Source: Phycisphaerales bacterium
Lineage (GTDB): Bacteria > Planctomycetota > Phycisphaerae > Phycisphaerales > UBA1924
Direction: 5' to 3'
Assembly (NCBI GenBank): GCA_015487555.1
Contig: WFPK01000052.1
Coordinates: 44,144-108,143 of the forward strand
Length of the DNA: 64,000 nucleotides
Of the stretch, positions 29,226 through 39,497 are shown one piece after another. Under the pieces are notes generated by a model that saw nothing but the letters and a program-made list of their open reading frames with translations, searched no databases and had not been told where the DNA came from. A program made the translations under genes and the position numbers. Numbering within the stretch: the first letter of the stretch is position 1; every line of letters begins with the position of its first letter.

Positions 29226-31148
29226 CTAATACACAAACTGTGCTGAGAAATGAAGTCGGGTATCACCGACATTTGTTGTCTGAGCCGCCCCTTCACCGAT
29301 ATTCGTCAGCGCCATCCCATAATCAAGCCGAAGCGTCAGGTTTGACCTGAGCTGCGCCTCAACGCCAACCCCCGCCCCCACCAACAGCTCCGATTGTTCA
29401 AAGAACGGCGCGTCGTTGACACTCAGCTGCGCCACATCCACAAACCCCTTGAGAATCACATCCCAATCCGCCCGCCCATAAGGCCTCGTCCTTGCCGTGC
29501 GGAACGGCTTACCGAACACCGTCATCGTGTCCGAACTCGCAGGCATCGAACGCCCAAGGTGGAACCGATACTCGACCGACCCCAGAATCGCATCATCACC
29601 CACCGCTGCCGACTCGGGATATCCACGAACCGTATAAAACCCACCCGCAACAAACTCGTAGTTGGGCACCAATCGACTCTCAAAGCTGTACTGCCCGCGC
29701 AGATTGATCGCCAACTCATGGGCCAGCGTCATCTCGTCAGGCCCTTTGTCGCCTCGGAATCCATCAGGGTTGAAGATCGGCTCGAGATAAAACGAATGCG
29801 TCAGCTGCCCGCGCAGAATCGTAAAATCATCATCGGCTCCAAACCGCCCAAGCCGTTGGACCTCTTCTTTGCTCGATCCAATAACCGATCCCCAATTCGA
29901 TTCGAGAATCAACTCACCAAACGCCGAATGCACCGGCGTGCGCTTCTCAAACCGCACCCCCACATAAGGCAAAAGGAAATCATCCTCCCCCTCGATCAAA
30001 AACAACCGATTCTCCACCTGAATCCGCTCAACCTTCGCCCCCAAAACCACATCGACAAACTTGGCCCCATCCTGCCAGACATTGATCGCCAGCTCCGAAC
30101 CAATCGCATACCCCTCGCCCTTGAAGTTCTCGAACCCCAACCCCACATCCGTCGCGGTATATTCATTCCACCGCCCATACAACTTGAGCCGAGCCTTGGG
30201 CCCGACATCAAACGCATACGACGCCAAGAGCGCATGGGTCGCATCAAACTCCGTCGTGATATAGTCCAGCGAGAGCACATCATCGCGACCAGTCAGCTGA
30301 CGATTCACAAACCCAAACCGCTGCTGCCACTGCCCGGTGCTTTCTGTCCCGGTGTTGCTCGTCTGGGCATACACACTCCAGACCCTCGGCTCAGTAATCA
30401 GATAATCAACAATCACCTCGCCAGGCTGATCCGTCGGCCCGATCGCCGCATCCACCCGCCGACCCGGGTGCCGATTGAGCCGATAGACCTCATCATCAAC
30501 CTTCTGACGCGTCAACAACGCCCCGGGCTCGAGGCGCAGCCGATCCCGAAGCCGTTGATGCTCCTTGCGATTCACATTCGATTCCGGATCATCCGCATCC
30601 ACCTTCTCCGCCAGCCGATCACCATGGGCGACCGTCCGCACCTGCCCAACCACCGCCCGCCACACCAGAATCGTCAGCGTCGTATCCTCCGGCGATCGCA
30701 AATCCGCCCGTGTCGTGCGATACGCAATCTCCGAAGCATCAGGCGTCACCAGATGCCCGATCAACCCGTACTCGGCTTCGAGATAATCCCGGATCGCCTG
30801 ATTGATCACCGCCAACGCGCTGCCATAGATCACCTCAACGCCGTGGGCCCCAAGATCACCAAGCCGAACCGCCACCACATCCGCATCCTCAATCGGCAAG
30901 ACCCATCCATCTTCAGCCGGGCTCAGCAACACCACGAGATCATCGAGCACATCAAGATCAGGCAAATCCGGGTGCGCAAACGGATACGCATATTCCAGAT
31001 CACTCACCCGATACCCGATCCCATCACGCTGGGCATCAACAACTGCATACCGGGCAACAGGCGCGCCAGGCTCGGCATCCATCTGCTGAGCATGCGCACC
31101 AAACCCGATCGCGAGCACCAAAGCACACACCATACATCGCATCTTCAT
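29226..31148 (-). CDS. ShlB/FhaC/HecB-family TpsB outer membrane transporter
   Basis: The start is trimmed to MKMRCMVCALVLAIGFGAHA. It has a POTRA-like N-terminal region and an Omp85-type barrel ending in ...HFSAQFVY. It lies 10 nt upstream of tpsA. Confidence 0.85.
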   Translation of the reverse strand: MKMRCMVCALVLAIGFGAHAQQMDAEPGAPVARYAVVDAQRDGIGYRVSDLEYAYPFAHPDLPDLDVLDDLVVLLSPAEDGWVLPIEDADVVAVRLGDLGAHGVEVIYGSALAVINQAIRDYLEAEYGLIGHLVTPDASEIAYRTTRADLRSPEDTTLTILVWRAVVGQVRTVAHGDRLAEKVDADDPESNVNRKEHQRLRDRLRLEPGALLTRQKVDDEVYRLNRHPGRRVDAAIGPTDQPGEVIVDYLITEPRVWSVYAQTSNTGTESTGQWQQRFGFVNRQLTGRDDVLSLDYITTEFDATHALLASYAFDVGPKARLKLYGRWNEYTATDVGLGFENFKGEGYAIGSELAINVWQDGAKFVDVVLGAKVERIQVENRLFLIEGEDDFLLPYVGVRFEKRTPVHSAFGELILESNWGSVIGSSKEEVQRLGRFGADDDFTILRGQLTHSFYLEPIFNPDGFRGDKGPDEMTLAHELAINLRGQYSFESRLVPNYEFVAGGFYTVRGYPESAAVGDDAILGSVEYRFHLGRSMPASSDTMTVFGKPFRTARTRPYGRADWDVILKGFVDVAQLSVNDAPFFEQSELLVGAGVGVEAQLRSNLTLRLDYGMALTNIGEGAAQTTNVGDTRLHFSAQFVY

Positions 31149-31364
31149 CTCACAGACATATTTGCCCAAAGATCGGTTCCTTGATCTCGTCCCCAACCTC
31201 AGTGTACCACAAAATCATCCCGCGGCCGCCGATGCGTCCGAGAACCAGACCGCTTTTCTCAGATCATGCCCGAAGATGATCTGGAAGCCCTCATATCCTC
31301 ACTTTTTTGCGCATCTTCAAGGGTTCAGATCATCGTGGACAAAACGCACCCGATCCACATCCAC

Positions 31365-31709
31365 ATGACCAAGCATCGCATCATCGCCCCCATCACCGCC
31401 CTCCCCATGCTCATGATCGGGTGCGCGCACCAAAGCCAACAAGTCCTCAACCCCAACGAGCCCGGGCACACCTCCCCAAGCCTGATCGCCGATGTCAACC
31501 CGTCAGCTCAGTCTGCACAGGTCCTCTCCGAACTCTCGATGTCCTCCCTGATTTGGCAAAATACCAATCCAACACCATCCATCACCCCCCAGCTCGTCGC
31601 AGGCGACTGGCTCGCCTGGCAATGCGCCATCGCGGGGAGCTACTGGGACATGCCATTCAAAAACGCCCCGGCCTATGCCGAAGCGTTCGATACTCCACCA
31701 ATCGACTAA
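31365..31709 (+). CDS. Hypothetical lipoprotein
   Basis: MTKHRIIAPITALPMLMIGC lipobox. No family was recognised. Confidence 0.45.
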   Translation: MTKHRIIAPITALPMLMIGCAHQSQQVLNPNEPGHTSPSLIADVNPSAQSAQVLSELSMSSLIWQNTNPTPSITPQLVAGDWLAWQCAIAGSYWDMPFKNAPAYAEAFDTPPID

Positions 31710-31712
31710 AAC

Positions 31713-32654
31713 TCAGCTCCCCGACCGCGTCACCATATCCCGATACGCAATCAAATCCTGCAGATCGACCACCCCATCACGATTCACATCCGCGCGGGGA
31801 TCGCTGTTGTTGTAATCGGTGACAAACGCATCGTAATCACCCGATCCCATGCGCCCATCGCCATCCGAATCGTACCGGTTGACAAATCGATCAATCTCGC
31901 GTTGCTCGAAGAACGCATTGATCGCGTTCTGCTGTTCTTCAATATTGAGCACCCCATCGCCATCAGCGTCGAACTCGTTCGTAGCGTCCTCCCTCATCGA
32001 CTCCCACCGAGCCTGTCGCTCATCGCGCTGGACTTGTCTTTCCTCTTGCGAGAGTTCACCATCGCCGTCGGCATCATACTGGGCAAGCTGCTCTGCTCGC
32101 CGAGCATCCTGCTGCTCCTGGATATAGGCATCCATCGCCGCTTGCTCGGTTTCATCGAGCACCCCATCGCCGTCAGCATCAAACCGGCGCATCAGCTCCT
32201 GCCCACGATCCGAATCCTCGAACCGCGACTGCCGGGCTGCCAGGCGCTCTTCGCGTGAAATCTCGCCATCCCCATCGAGATCAAACCGAGCGAGCATCTC
32301 CGCCCGCCGGGCCTGCCGCATCGCTTCGCGTTCTTCATCGGAGAGGAATCCATCGCCATCGAGATCAAACCGGACCATCCGGGCAGCGAAATCGCCGCGT
32401 CCAAACCCGCCAGTGTCCCGTTGTCCGCCCCGTTTCCAGCTCTGCTGCTGAGCCTCAGGCACCCGCCGCTCCGCTGCTTGAACCTCGATAGGCACAAACG
32501 AATCCGCATCAACACGAGGCTCCTGGGCCATCGCATAGCGCGCCTCCGAGTCCTCATCCGCCGGAGCATCCCCCCCACCAATGAAGAAATACACCCCACC
32601 AAGAGCCGACGCGCTCACGACCAGCACGCCACCAATGATCAGCCTCGTTTGCAT
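31713..32654 (-). CDS. Secreted/anchored multi-EF-hand Ca-binding protein
   Basis: The start is trimmed to MQTRLIIGGVLVV (GGAGG upstream), because the longer ORF runs across tRNA-Met. It has at least six DxDxDG loops (DLDGDGFLS, DLDGDGEIS, DADGDGVLD, DADGDGELS, DADGDGVLN, DSDGDGRMG) plus DVNRDGVVD. Confidence 0.75.
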   Translation of the reverse strand: MQTRLIIGGVLVVSASALGGVYFFIGGGDAPADEDSEARYAMAQEPRVDADSFVPIEVQAAERRVPEAQQQSWKRGGQRDTGGFGRGDFAARMVRFDLDGDGFLSDEEREAMRQARRAEMLARFDLDGDGEISREERLAARQSRFEDSDRGQELMRRFDADGDGVLDETEQAAMDAYIQEQQDARRAEQLAQYDADGDGELSQEERQVQRDERQARWESMREDATNEFDADGDGVLNIEEQQNAINAFFEQREIDRFVNRYDSDGDGRMGSGDYDAFVTDYNNSDPRADVNRDGVVDLQDLIAYRDMVTRSGS

Positions 32655-32771
32655 CGCAATACCTCCACCGAGCACGGGCACAACGCACCAGATTGCCCAG
32701 TATGACAGAAATGCCATAAAAACAACGCGTTGACCGTGATATCGGCCAGCGCGTCGTTTGTTGCAAATAAA

Positions 32772-32845
32772 TGGCGAGAGAGAGACTTGAACTCTCGACC
32801 TATGGGTTATGAATCCATCGCTCTGACCGACTGAGCTACCTCGCC
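32772..32845 (-). tRNA. tRNA with anticodon CAT (Met; an Ile2/lysidine identity cannot be excluded)
   Basis: The reverse complement GGCGAGGTAGCTCAGTCGGTCAGAGCGATGGATTCATAACCCATAGGTCGAGAGTTCAAGTCTCTCTCTCGCCA folds as a cloverleaf. The acceptor stem is GGCGAGG/TCTCGCC, the T-loop is TTCAAGT, and the anticodon loop is TTCATAA. No CCA is encoded. Confidence 0.8.
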
Positions 32846-32920
32846 AATTGGCTCCAATCATAGCCAAGAAATACCCAATATCGAGCATTTCATCCAACCA
32901 ATCATCACCCAATCAACCCA

Positions 32921-33238
32921 TCACTCGTCCCCAGAGCCCTCTTTGACCTCAACCTTCTCCGCAGGAGCCGTCGAAGTCGTATGCGCCGAACTCAACATAT
33001 CCGGATTCTTCGGCGGCTTGGCCGAGTCAAACTTCGCCCCCCCAGACCCCGCTTCCGAGCCCTCCGCCTTGATGTCATCCGTCACATCCTTGAGCCCCTT
33101 CTTGAACTCAACAATCCCTTGCCCAAGACTCCTCCCAACTTCGGGAAGCCGACGCCCAAAGAGAAGCAAGAGAATAACCCCGATGACGATCGTCTCGGTC
33201 GTACCCAACGGGCCGATGAGCGCAAGTGTGTATTCCAT
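32921..33238 (-). CDS. tatA: Twin-arginine translocase TatA/E family protein
   Basis: TM helix plus hinge plus amphipathic helix: ETIVIGVILLLLFGRRLPEVGRSLGQGIVEFKKGL. Confidence 0.85.
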   Translation of the reverse strand: MEYTLALIGPLGTTETIVIGVILLLLFGRRLPEVGRSLGQGIVEFKKGLKDVTDDIKAEGSEAGSGGAKFDSAKPPKNPDMLSSAHTTSTAPAEKVEVKEGSGDE

Positions 33239-33290
33239 ACCCTGATTCAATGGTGCAACCTCCCCAGAGTCAAACGAAAAACGCCAGACC

Positions 33291-34163
33291 TTATTTCATT
33301 TGGGCACGATCCTGGGCAACCTCGATCACATTATGGAGCAGCACCGCCACGGTCATCGGCCCAACCCCGCCAGGAACTGGACTGATCCACCCCGCAACCG
33401 CCCTGACCCCCTCAAAATCAGTATCGCCTACGGTTTTGGACTTCCCTTCATCGTTCTTGATCCGGTTGACCCCCACATCAACCACCAACGCCCCCTCACG
33501 CACCATATCGCCCGTAATCAGCCCCGCCACACCCGCTGCCGGAATCAGCACATCCGCTGACAAACACAGCTCCTTGAGCCCCCCGGTAAACTTATTACAG
33601 CTTACCACCGTCGCCTCACGCTGCATCAAAAGCACCGCGATCGGCCTGCCCACCACCGCCGACGCACCCACCACCACGCACATCTTGCCCTTGAGCTCAA
33701 TCCCCGTCGAATCAATCAGCTTGAGCGTCGCCAGCGCGGTACACGGCGCCCGCATCGAGCGCCCATAGACCACATTGCCGATATTCGCCGGGTTCACGCC
33801 CTCGACATCCTTCACCGGGTCAATCAACTCCTGAATCCGATATGCATCGACCCCCTCAGGCAGTGGCATATGCACCATCATCGCATGGACCGAATCATCC
33901 GCATTGAGCTCTCGAACCTTCGCTTCGATCACTGCCTGATCCGACCCGACGGCGAGTGTATGAAGCTGATAATCAATCCCGAGCGTCTCACAGGTCTTGG
34001 CCTGATTCTGGGCATACACCCGCGCCCCATTATCCCCAGATTCCACCAGAATCGCATCGAGCTTGGGCACGAATCCTCGATCTCGCAGAACGGAGGCACG
34101 ATCGGCCACCTGCTCACGAAACTGATGTGCCAACGCCTTCCCATCAATGATCTCTGCACTCAT
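33291..34163 (-). CDS. folD: Bifunctional methylenetetrahydrofolate dehydrogenase/cyclohydrolase
   Basis: 290 aa. MSAEIIDGKALA..., VGASAVVGRPIAVLL and PVPGGVGPMTVA motifs. Confidence 0.92.
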   Translation of the reverse strand: MSAEIIDGKALAHQFREQVADRASVLRDRGFVPKLDAILVESGDNGARVYAQNQAKTCETLGIDYQLHTLAVGSDQAVIEAKVRELNADDSVHAMMVHMPLPEGVDAYRIQELIDPVKDVEGVNPANIGNVVYGRSMRAPCTALATLKLIDSTGIELKGKMCVVVGASAVVGRPIAVLLMQREATVVSCNKFTGGLKELCLSADVLIPAAGVAGLITGDMVREGALVVDVGVNRIKNDEGKSKTVGDTDFEGVRAVAGWISPVPGGVGPMTVAVLLHNVIEVAQDRAQMK

Positions 34164-34189
34164 ACCCCATCATAGCCAACCAACTCCGG

Positions 34190-36484
<2,295 letters not shown>

Positions 36485-36504
36485 TATCACCGATAGATCG
36501 GGCA

Positions 36505-37062
36505 ATGAAGAACCTCGAACTCAAAGCCGAGCTCCGCGATCCCAACCTCGCCCGCCTGATCTGTAAAAAGATCGGCGCTTCGCCCGTCGTCAAGCTCCGC
36601 CAGACTGACACCTATTACGATGTCGCCCGAGGCCGACTCAAAAAACGCGTCTCCATCGCTGTCGATCGGGCGGTCGGCTCACCCGAACCCGTCGAATACA
36701 TCTTCTACGAACGCGAAAACCGCACCGATGCCAAGCTCTCCGACTACCACCTCTACACCCACGCCCAGGTCCAAGAACGCTTCGGCCAAGCCCCACTGCC
36801 CGTCTGGCTCGAAGTCGAAAAGACCCGCGAGTTGTACCTCTACGACTCCGTCCGCATCCACATCGACGATGTGATCGACCTGGGCTGGTTTTTCGAGTTC
36901 GAGATCCTCATCGACGACAACACCGATATGGACAAAGCCAACCAGCAGGCAACCGACCTCAAGGCGACCTTCTTGCCCGCATTGGGTGAGCCTGTAGCGA
37001 CTTCCTATTCCGATCTGCTCGCCCAGCACCAGGGCATCGCTGAAGACCAGCAAACATCATGA
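36505..37062 (+). CDS. CYTH-domain protein (class IV adenylate cyclase / triphosphatase family)
   Basis: The N-terminal strand MKNLELKAEL resembles the ExExK signature. The size (about 185 aa) and alternating acidic/basic beta-strands are typical of CyaB-like proteins. Confidence 0.65.
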   Translation: MKNLELKAELRDPNLARLICKKIGASPVVKLRQTDTYYDVARGRLKKRVSIAVDRAVGSPEPVEYIFYERENRTDAKLSDYHLYTHAQVQERFGQAPLPVWLEVEKTRELYLYDSVRIHIDDVIDLGWFFEFEILIDDNTDMDKANQQATDLKATFLPALGEPVATSYSDLLAQHQGIAEDQQTS

Positions 37063-37089
37063 TTCTGTCGACGGTTGAGTAGGGAAAAA

Positions 37090-37974
37090 CTAAGTCGCCC
37101 CGCCCTCAAACACAATCCGCTCGATCTTCCGATGCGGATCAGGCTCGGGCACCGCAGACAACAGCGACTGCGTGTACCGATGCTGAGGATTATCAATAAT
37201 CTCGTCGCGGGTTCCCTCTTCGACAATCTTGCCCTTATACATCACCGCGATCCGTTCGCACACATGCTGAATCACCGCCATGTCGTGCGAGATAAACAGA
37301 TAGCTCAGCTGGAACTCTTCCTGCAAATCCATCAGCAGATTAATCACCTGCGCCTGGATCGACACATCGAGCGCACTCGTCGGCTCATCGCACACAATAA
37401 ACTTGGGCTCCAATGCCAATGCACGAGCAATCCCGATCCGTTGCCGTTGACCACCAGAGAACTCATGGGGATACCGATCCGCAGCCGCCTTGGGCATCCC
37501 GCACCGCACCAGAATATTCTCGACCCGCTCGCGAAGCTCTGCCTTCGACGAAACCATCCCATGAATCACCAAAGGCTCGCCCACAATCGCCGCGATCCGC
37601 ATCCGAGGATTCAACGATCCCGCCGGGTCTTGGAATACAATCTGCATATCCCGGCGCAGCCGCTGGAGCTCTTGCCCCGAAGCAGCAAAGACATCGTGCC
37701 CATCAAAGATCACTCGGCCGCCCGAGTGAGGTTGAAGCCGAAGGATCGTCCGACCAATCGTGGTCTTGCCACACCCCGACTCGCCCACCAGCCCAAGCGT
37801 CTCGCCTGGCTTGATATGGAATGACACCCCATCGACCGCCTTGAAGTGACTCGTCACCCGCTGGAGCAGCCCCGACCGGATCGGAAAGTAAGTCTTCAAA
37901 TCATCAACCACCAGCAACGGCTTCTCGGGCGTTGAATCGGGGGTCATCGACGCACTATCGTTGGTATCACTCAT
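37090..37974 (-). CDS. Oligopeptide/dipeptide-type ABC transporter ATP-binding protein (OppF/DppF-like)
   Basis: Walker A GESGCGKTT, signature FSGGQRQRIGIARAL, and Walker B FIVCDEPTSALD. It has the C-terminal oligopeptide-type extension. There are no adjacent permease or binding-protein genes. Confidence 0.85.
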   Translation of the reverse strand: MSDTNDSASMTPDSTPEKPLLVVDDLKTYFPIRSGLLQRVTSHFKAVDGVSFHIKPGETLGLVGESGCGKTTIGRTILRLQPHSGGRVIFDGHDVFAASGQELQRLRRDMQIVFQDPAGSLNPRMRIAAIVGEPLVIHGMVSSKAELRERVENILVRCGMPKAAADRYPHEFSGGQRQRIGIARALALEPKFIVCDEPTSALDVSIQAQVINLLMDLQEEFQLSYLFISHDMAVIQHVCERIAVMYKGKIVEEGTRDEIIDNPQHRYTQSLLSAVPEPDPHRKIERIVFEGGAT

Positions 37975-38133
37975 GCAACCATCTTAGCCAATCCATCCGC
38001 CGTCCGAAAGCCTCCCCCCAAAGAATGAATCCCCCACTTTGACACGCAAATGAGTTGACGCGTCCCCATTCTCGGGTATCCTTACCCCCGTGAGGCCCGC
38101 CTCACCCGAAAACGCTCCCGCAAGGAAGCAGTC

Positions 38134-38206
38134 GGGCATATAGCTCAGTTGGTAGAGCACGGCATTGAAAATGCCGGTGTCCGTGGTTCAAGTCCGCGTA
38201 TGCCCA
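38134..38206 (+). tRNA. tRNA-Phe (GAA)
   Basis: GGGCATATAGCTCAGTTGGTAGAGCACGGCATTGAAAATGCCGGTGTCCGTGGTTCAAGTCCGCGTATGCCCA. The acceptor stem is GGGCATA/TATGCCC, the anticodon stem-loop is CGGCA-TTGAAAA-TGCCG, and the T-loop is GGTTCAAGTCC. Confidence 0.9.
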
Positions 38207-39497
38207 TTGATTGGTTCTGCAAAGAACCGCAAAGACCAGAAGGGATCAGCATAAGTGCTGGTTCCTTTTTAGTTTGCGCTCCGTTTTGATCTTCTTTGCC
38301 GGTTGTTGCGGATTGCTGCTGCGCTGCCATTTGCGCCCCAAGTGCGCCGCATTCTGCGCCGCTTTTTTCAGTCTGCTTCATCGCTATCGGTGTTGATGCA
38401 GCACGCTCATAATCCTCATCACGAACCATGTGGTAGTGAGCCTCAGCGATCGCCTGGGAGTGCCCCATCCATGCTGTGCATTGAGCCGACGGATATACGG
38501 CCGCCAACTCGGTCGCCCTGCTTGCCCGCATGTTATTGAACAAATTAGGCCATGCGTTCAAGCCAGCCCGCTCGATGAGCCGCCGCATGTGCGTGCCCAG
38601 ATTCGACCCCAAGTCCCGATACCGCCCCACGACGAACTCAGCACCATCGGGGGCACACTCATATGCCTGCATCAACACCTCTCGAAGCTCAGGAAACAAC
38701 GGCACCATTCGCTCTGCCTTGCCCTGATGATGCTCGGTCTTTGGCGATCGAACCCTAAATCGGTTGTTTGCCCAGTCAATATCCGCCCAGCGAACCCCCA
38801 ACACTTCCGATGGGCAACGCAACCCACCAAATCGAGCCAGTGCCACAATGCACCGCCAGTCAGCATCCGGGCATGCCTCCATGACCTTGAAGATGGCCTC
38901 TGGAGTGATAAAGAATGCCTTTTCCCTGTTTGTTTTTCGCCCGGCTTTCACATCTTCAAACGGATTGCTCGGGATCATCCCCCACTTCACTGCTTTCTTG
39001 AAGAACATCCGCGCCCCGCGAATATCGCGTCCGATTGTGGCCTCGGCGTATTTCTTCCCACACAACCATGCCCGCCATTTGTCACCTTCGAGTGAAGTAA
39101 TCGAATCGAGTTGGCGTGAATCGCCAAAGTATGCAATGAGCCGCCGTTGAGTTTGGGCATATCGGATGCGAGTTGATTCCTTCACGCTTACCGTGGCGAA
39201 ATACTCATCAAGCATCCCACCAAGCGTGCGGGTCTTGGCCGCCTCTCTTGGCTCTGCAAGACCTGCCAATACCAGCTTGGCGTAGGTGTCGTCTGGAAGG
39301 TCTGCAAGCCATTCGGCGGTCTGTGGGTTGATCGGTGTGTTGAGTCTGACCGAATCAATCAGCGATTCCACCCGAACCTTGAACGCCTCGGCTGCCTTGA
39401 CATTGATCTTGCCGAGCCGAATCGTGCGCCGATTACCTTTGGAAATCATGAACTGGATGCGTTTGGAGCCGTCTTTGTCGCGAATGAGTGATGCCAT
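38145..39497 (-). CDS. int: Tyrosine site-specific integrase (integrated-state reading frame ends inside tRNA-Phe)
   Basis: 450 aa. It has an N-terminal arm/SAM-like region and a catalytic domain with ...GLRCPSEV..., ...NMRASRATELA..., ...WMGHSQAIAEAHYHMV (catalytic Tyr). The last 14 codons (EPRTPAFSMPCSTN) are antisense of the tRNA body. Confidence 0.9.
   Translation of the reverse strand: MASLIRDKDGSKRIQFMISKGNRRTIRLGKINVKAAEAFKVRVESLIDSVRLNTPINPQTAEWLADLPDDTYAKLVLAGLAEPREAAKTRTLGGMLDEYFATVSVKESTRIRYAQTQRRLIAYFGDSRQLDSITSLEGDKWRAWLCGKKYAEATIGRDIRGARMFFKKAVKWGMIPSNPFEDVKAGRKTNREKAFFITPEAIFKVMEACPDADWRCIVALARFGGLRCPSEVLGVRWADIDWANNRFRVRSPKTEHHQGKAERMVPLFPELREVLMQAYECAPDGAEFVVGRYRDLGSNLGTHMRRLIERAGLNAWPNLFNNMRASRATELAAVYPSAQCTAWMGHSQAIAEAHYHMVRDEDYERAASTPIAMKQTEKSGAECGALGAQMAAQQQSATTGKEDQNGAQTKKEPALMLIPSGLCGSLQNQSMGIRGLEPRTPAFSMPCSTN
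38191..38208 (+). repeat. attL core (3' end of tRNA-Phe)
   Basis: AGTCCGCGTATGCCCATT, identical to 47923..47940. Confidence 0.8.
38340..38360 (+). repeat. 21-bp repeat copy 1 (inside the element, 131 bp from the attL core)
   Basis: AAGTGCGCCGCATTCTGCGCC, identical to 47853..47873. Confidence 0.9.

Noticed and set aside
26840-31184. Long plus-strand ORFs (394, 302 and 596 aa) antisense to tpsA and tpsB
   Set aside because: They are Arg/Pro/His-rich with no domains. The minus strand carries clear TPS-domain and Omp85-type proteins.
32772-32845. Initiator tRNA-fMet identity for the CAT tRNA
   Set aside because: Position 1-72 is a normal G-C pair, and the anticodon stem lacks the three consecutive G-C pairs typical of bacterial initiators. 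An elongator Met or Ile2 identity is more likely.
32655-32912. N-terminal extension of the EF-hand ORF (the ORF-track model starts at 32912)
   Set aside because: The extension is the antisense translation of tRNA-Met (…GSSVGQSDGFITHRSRVQVSLSP…). The start was trimmed to the ATG at 32654, which has a GGAGG upstream.
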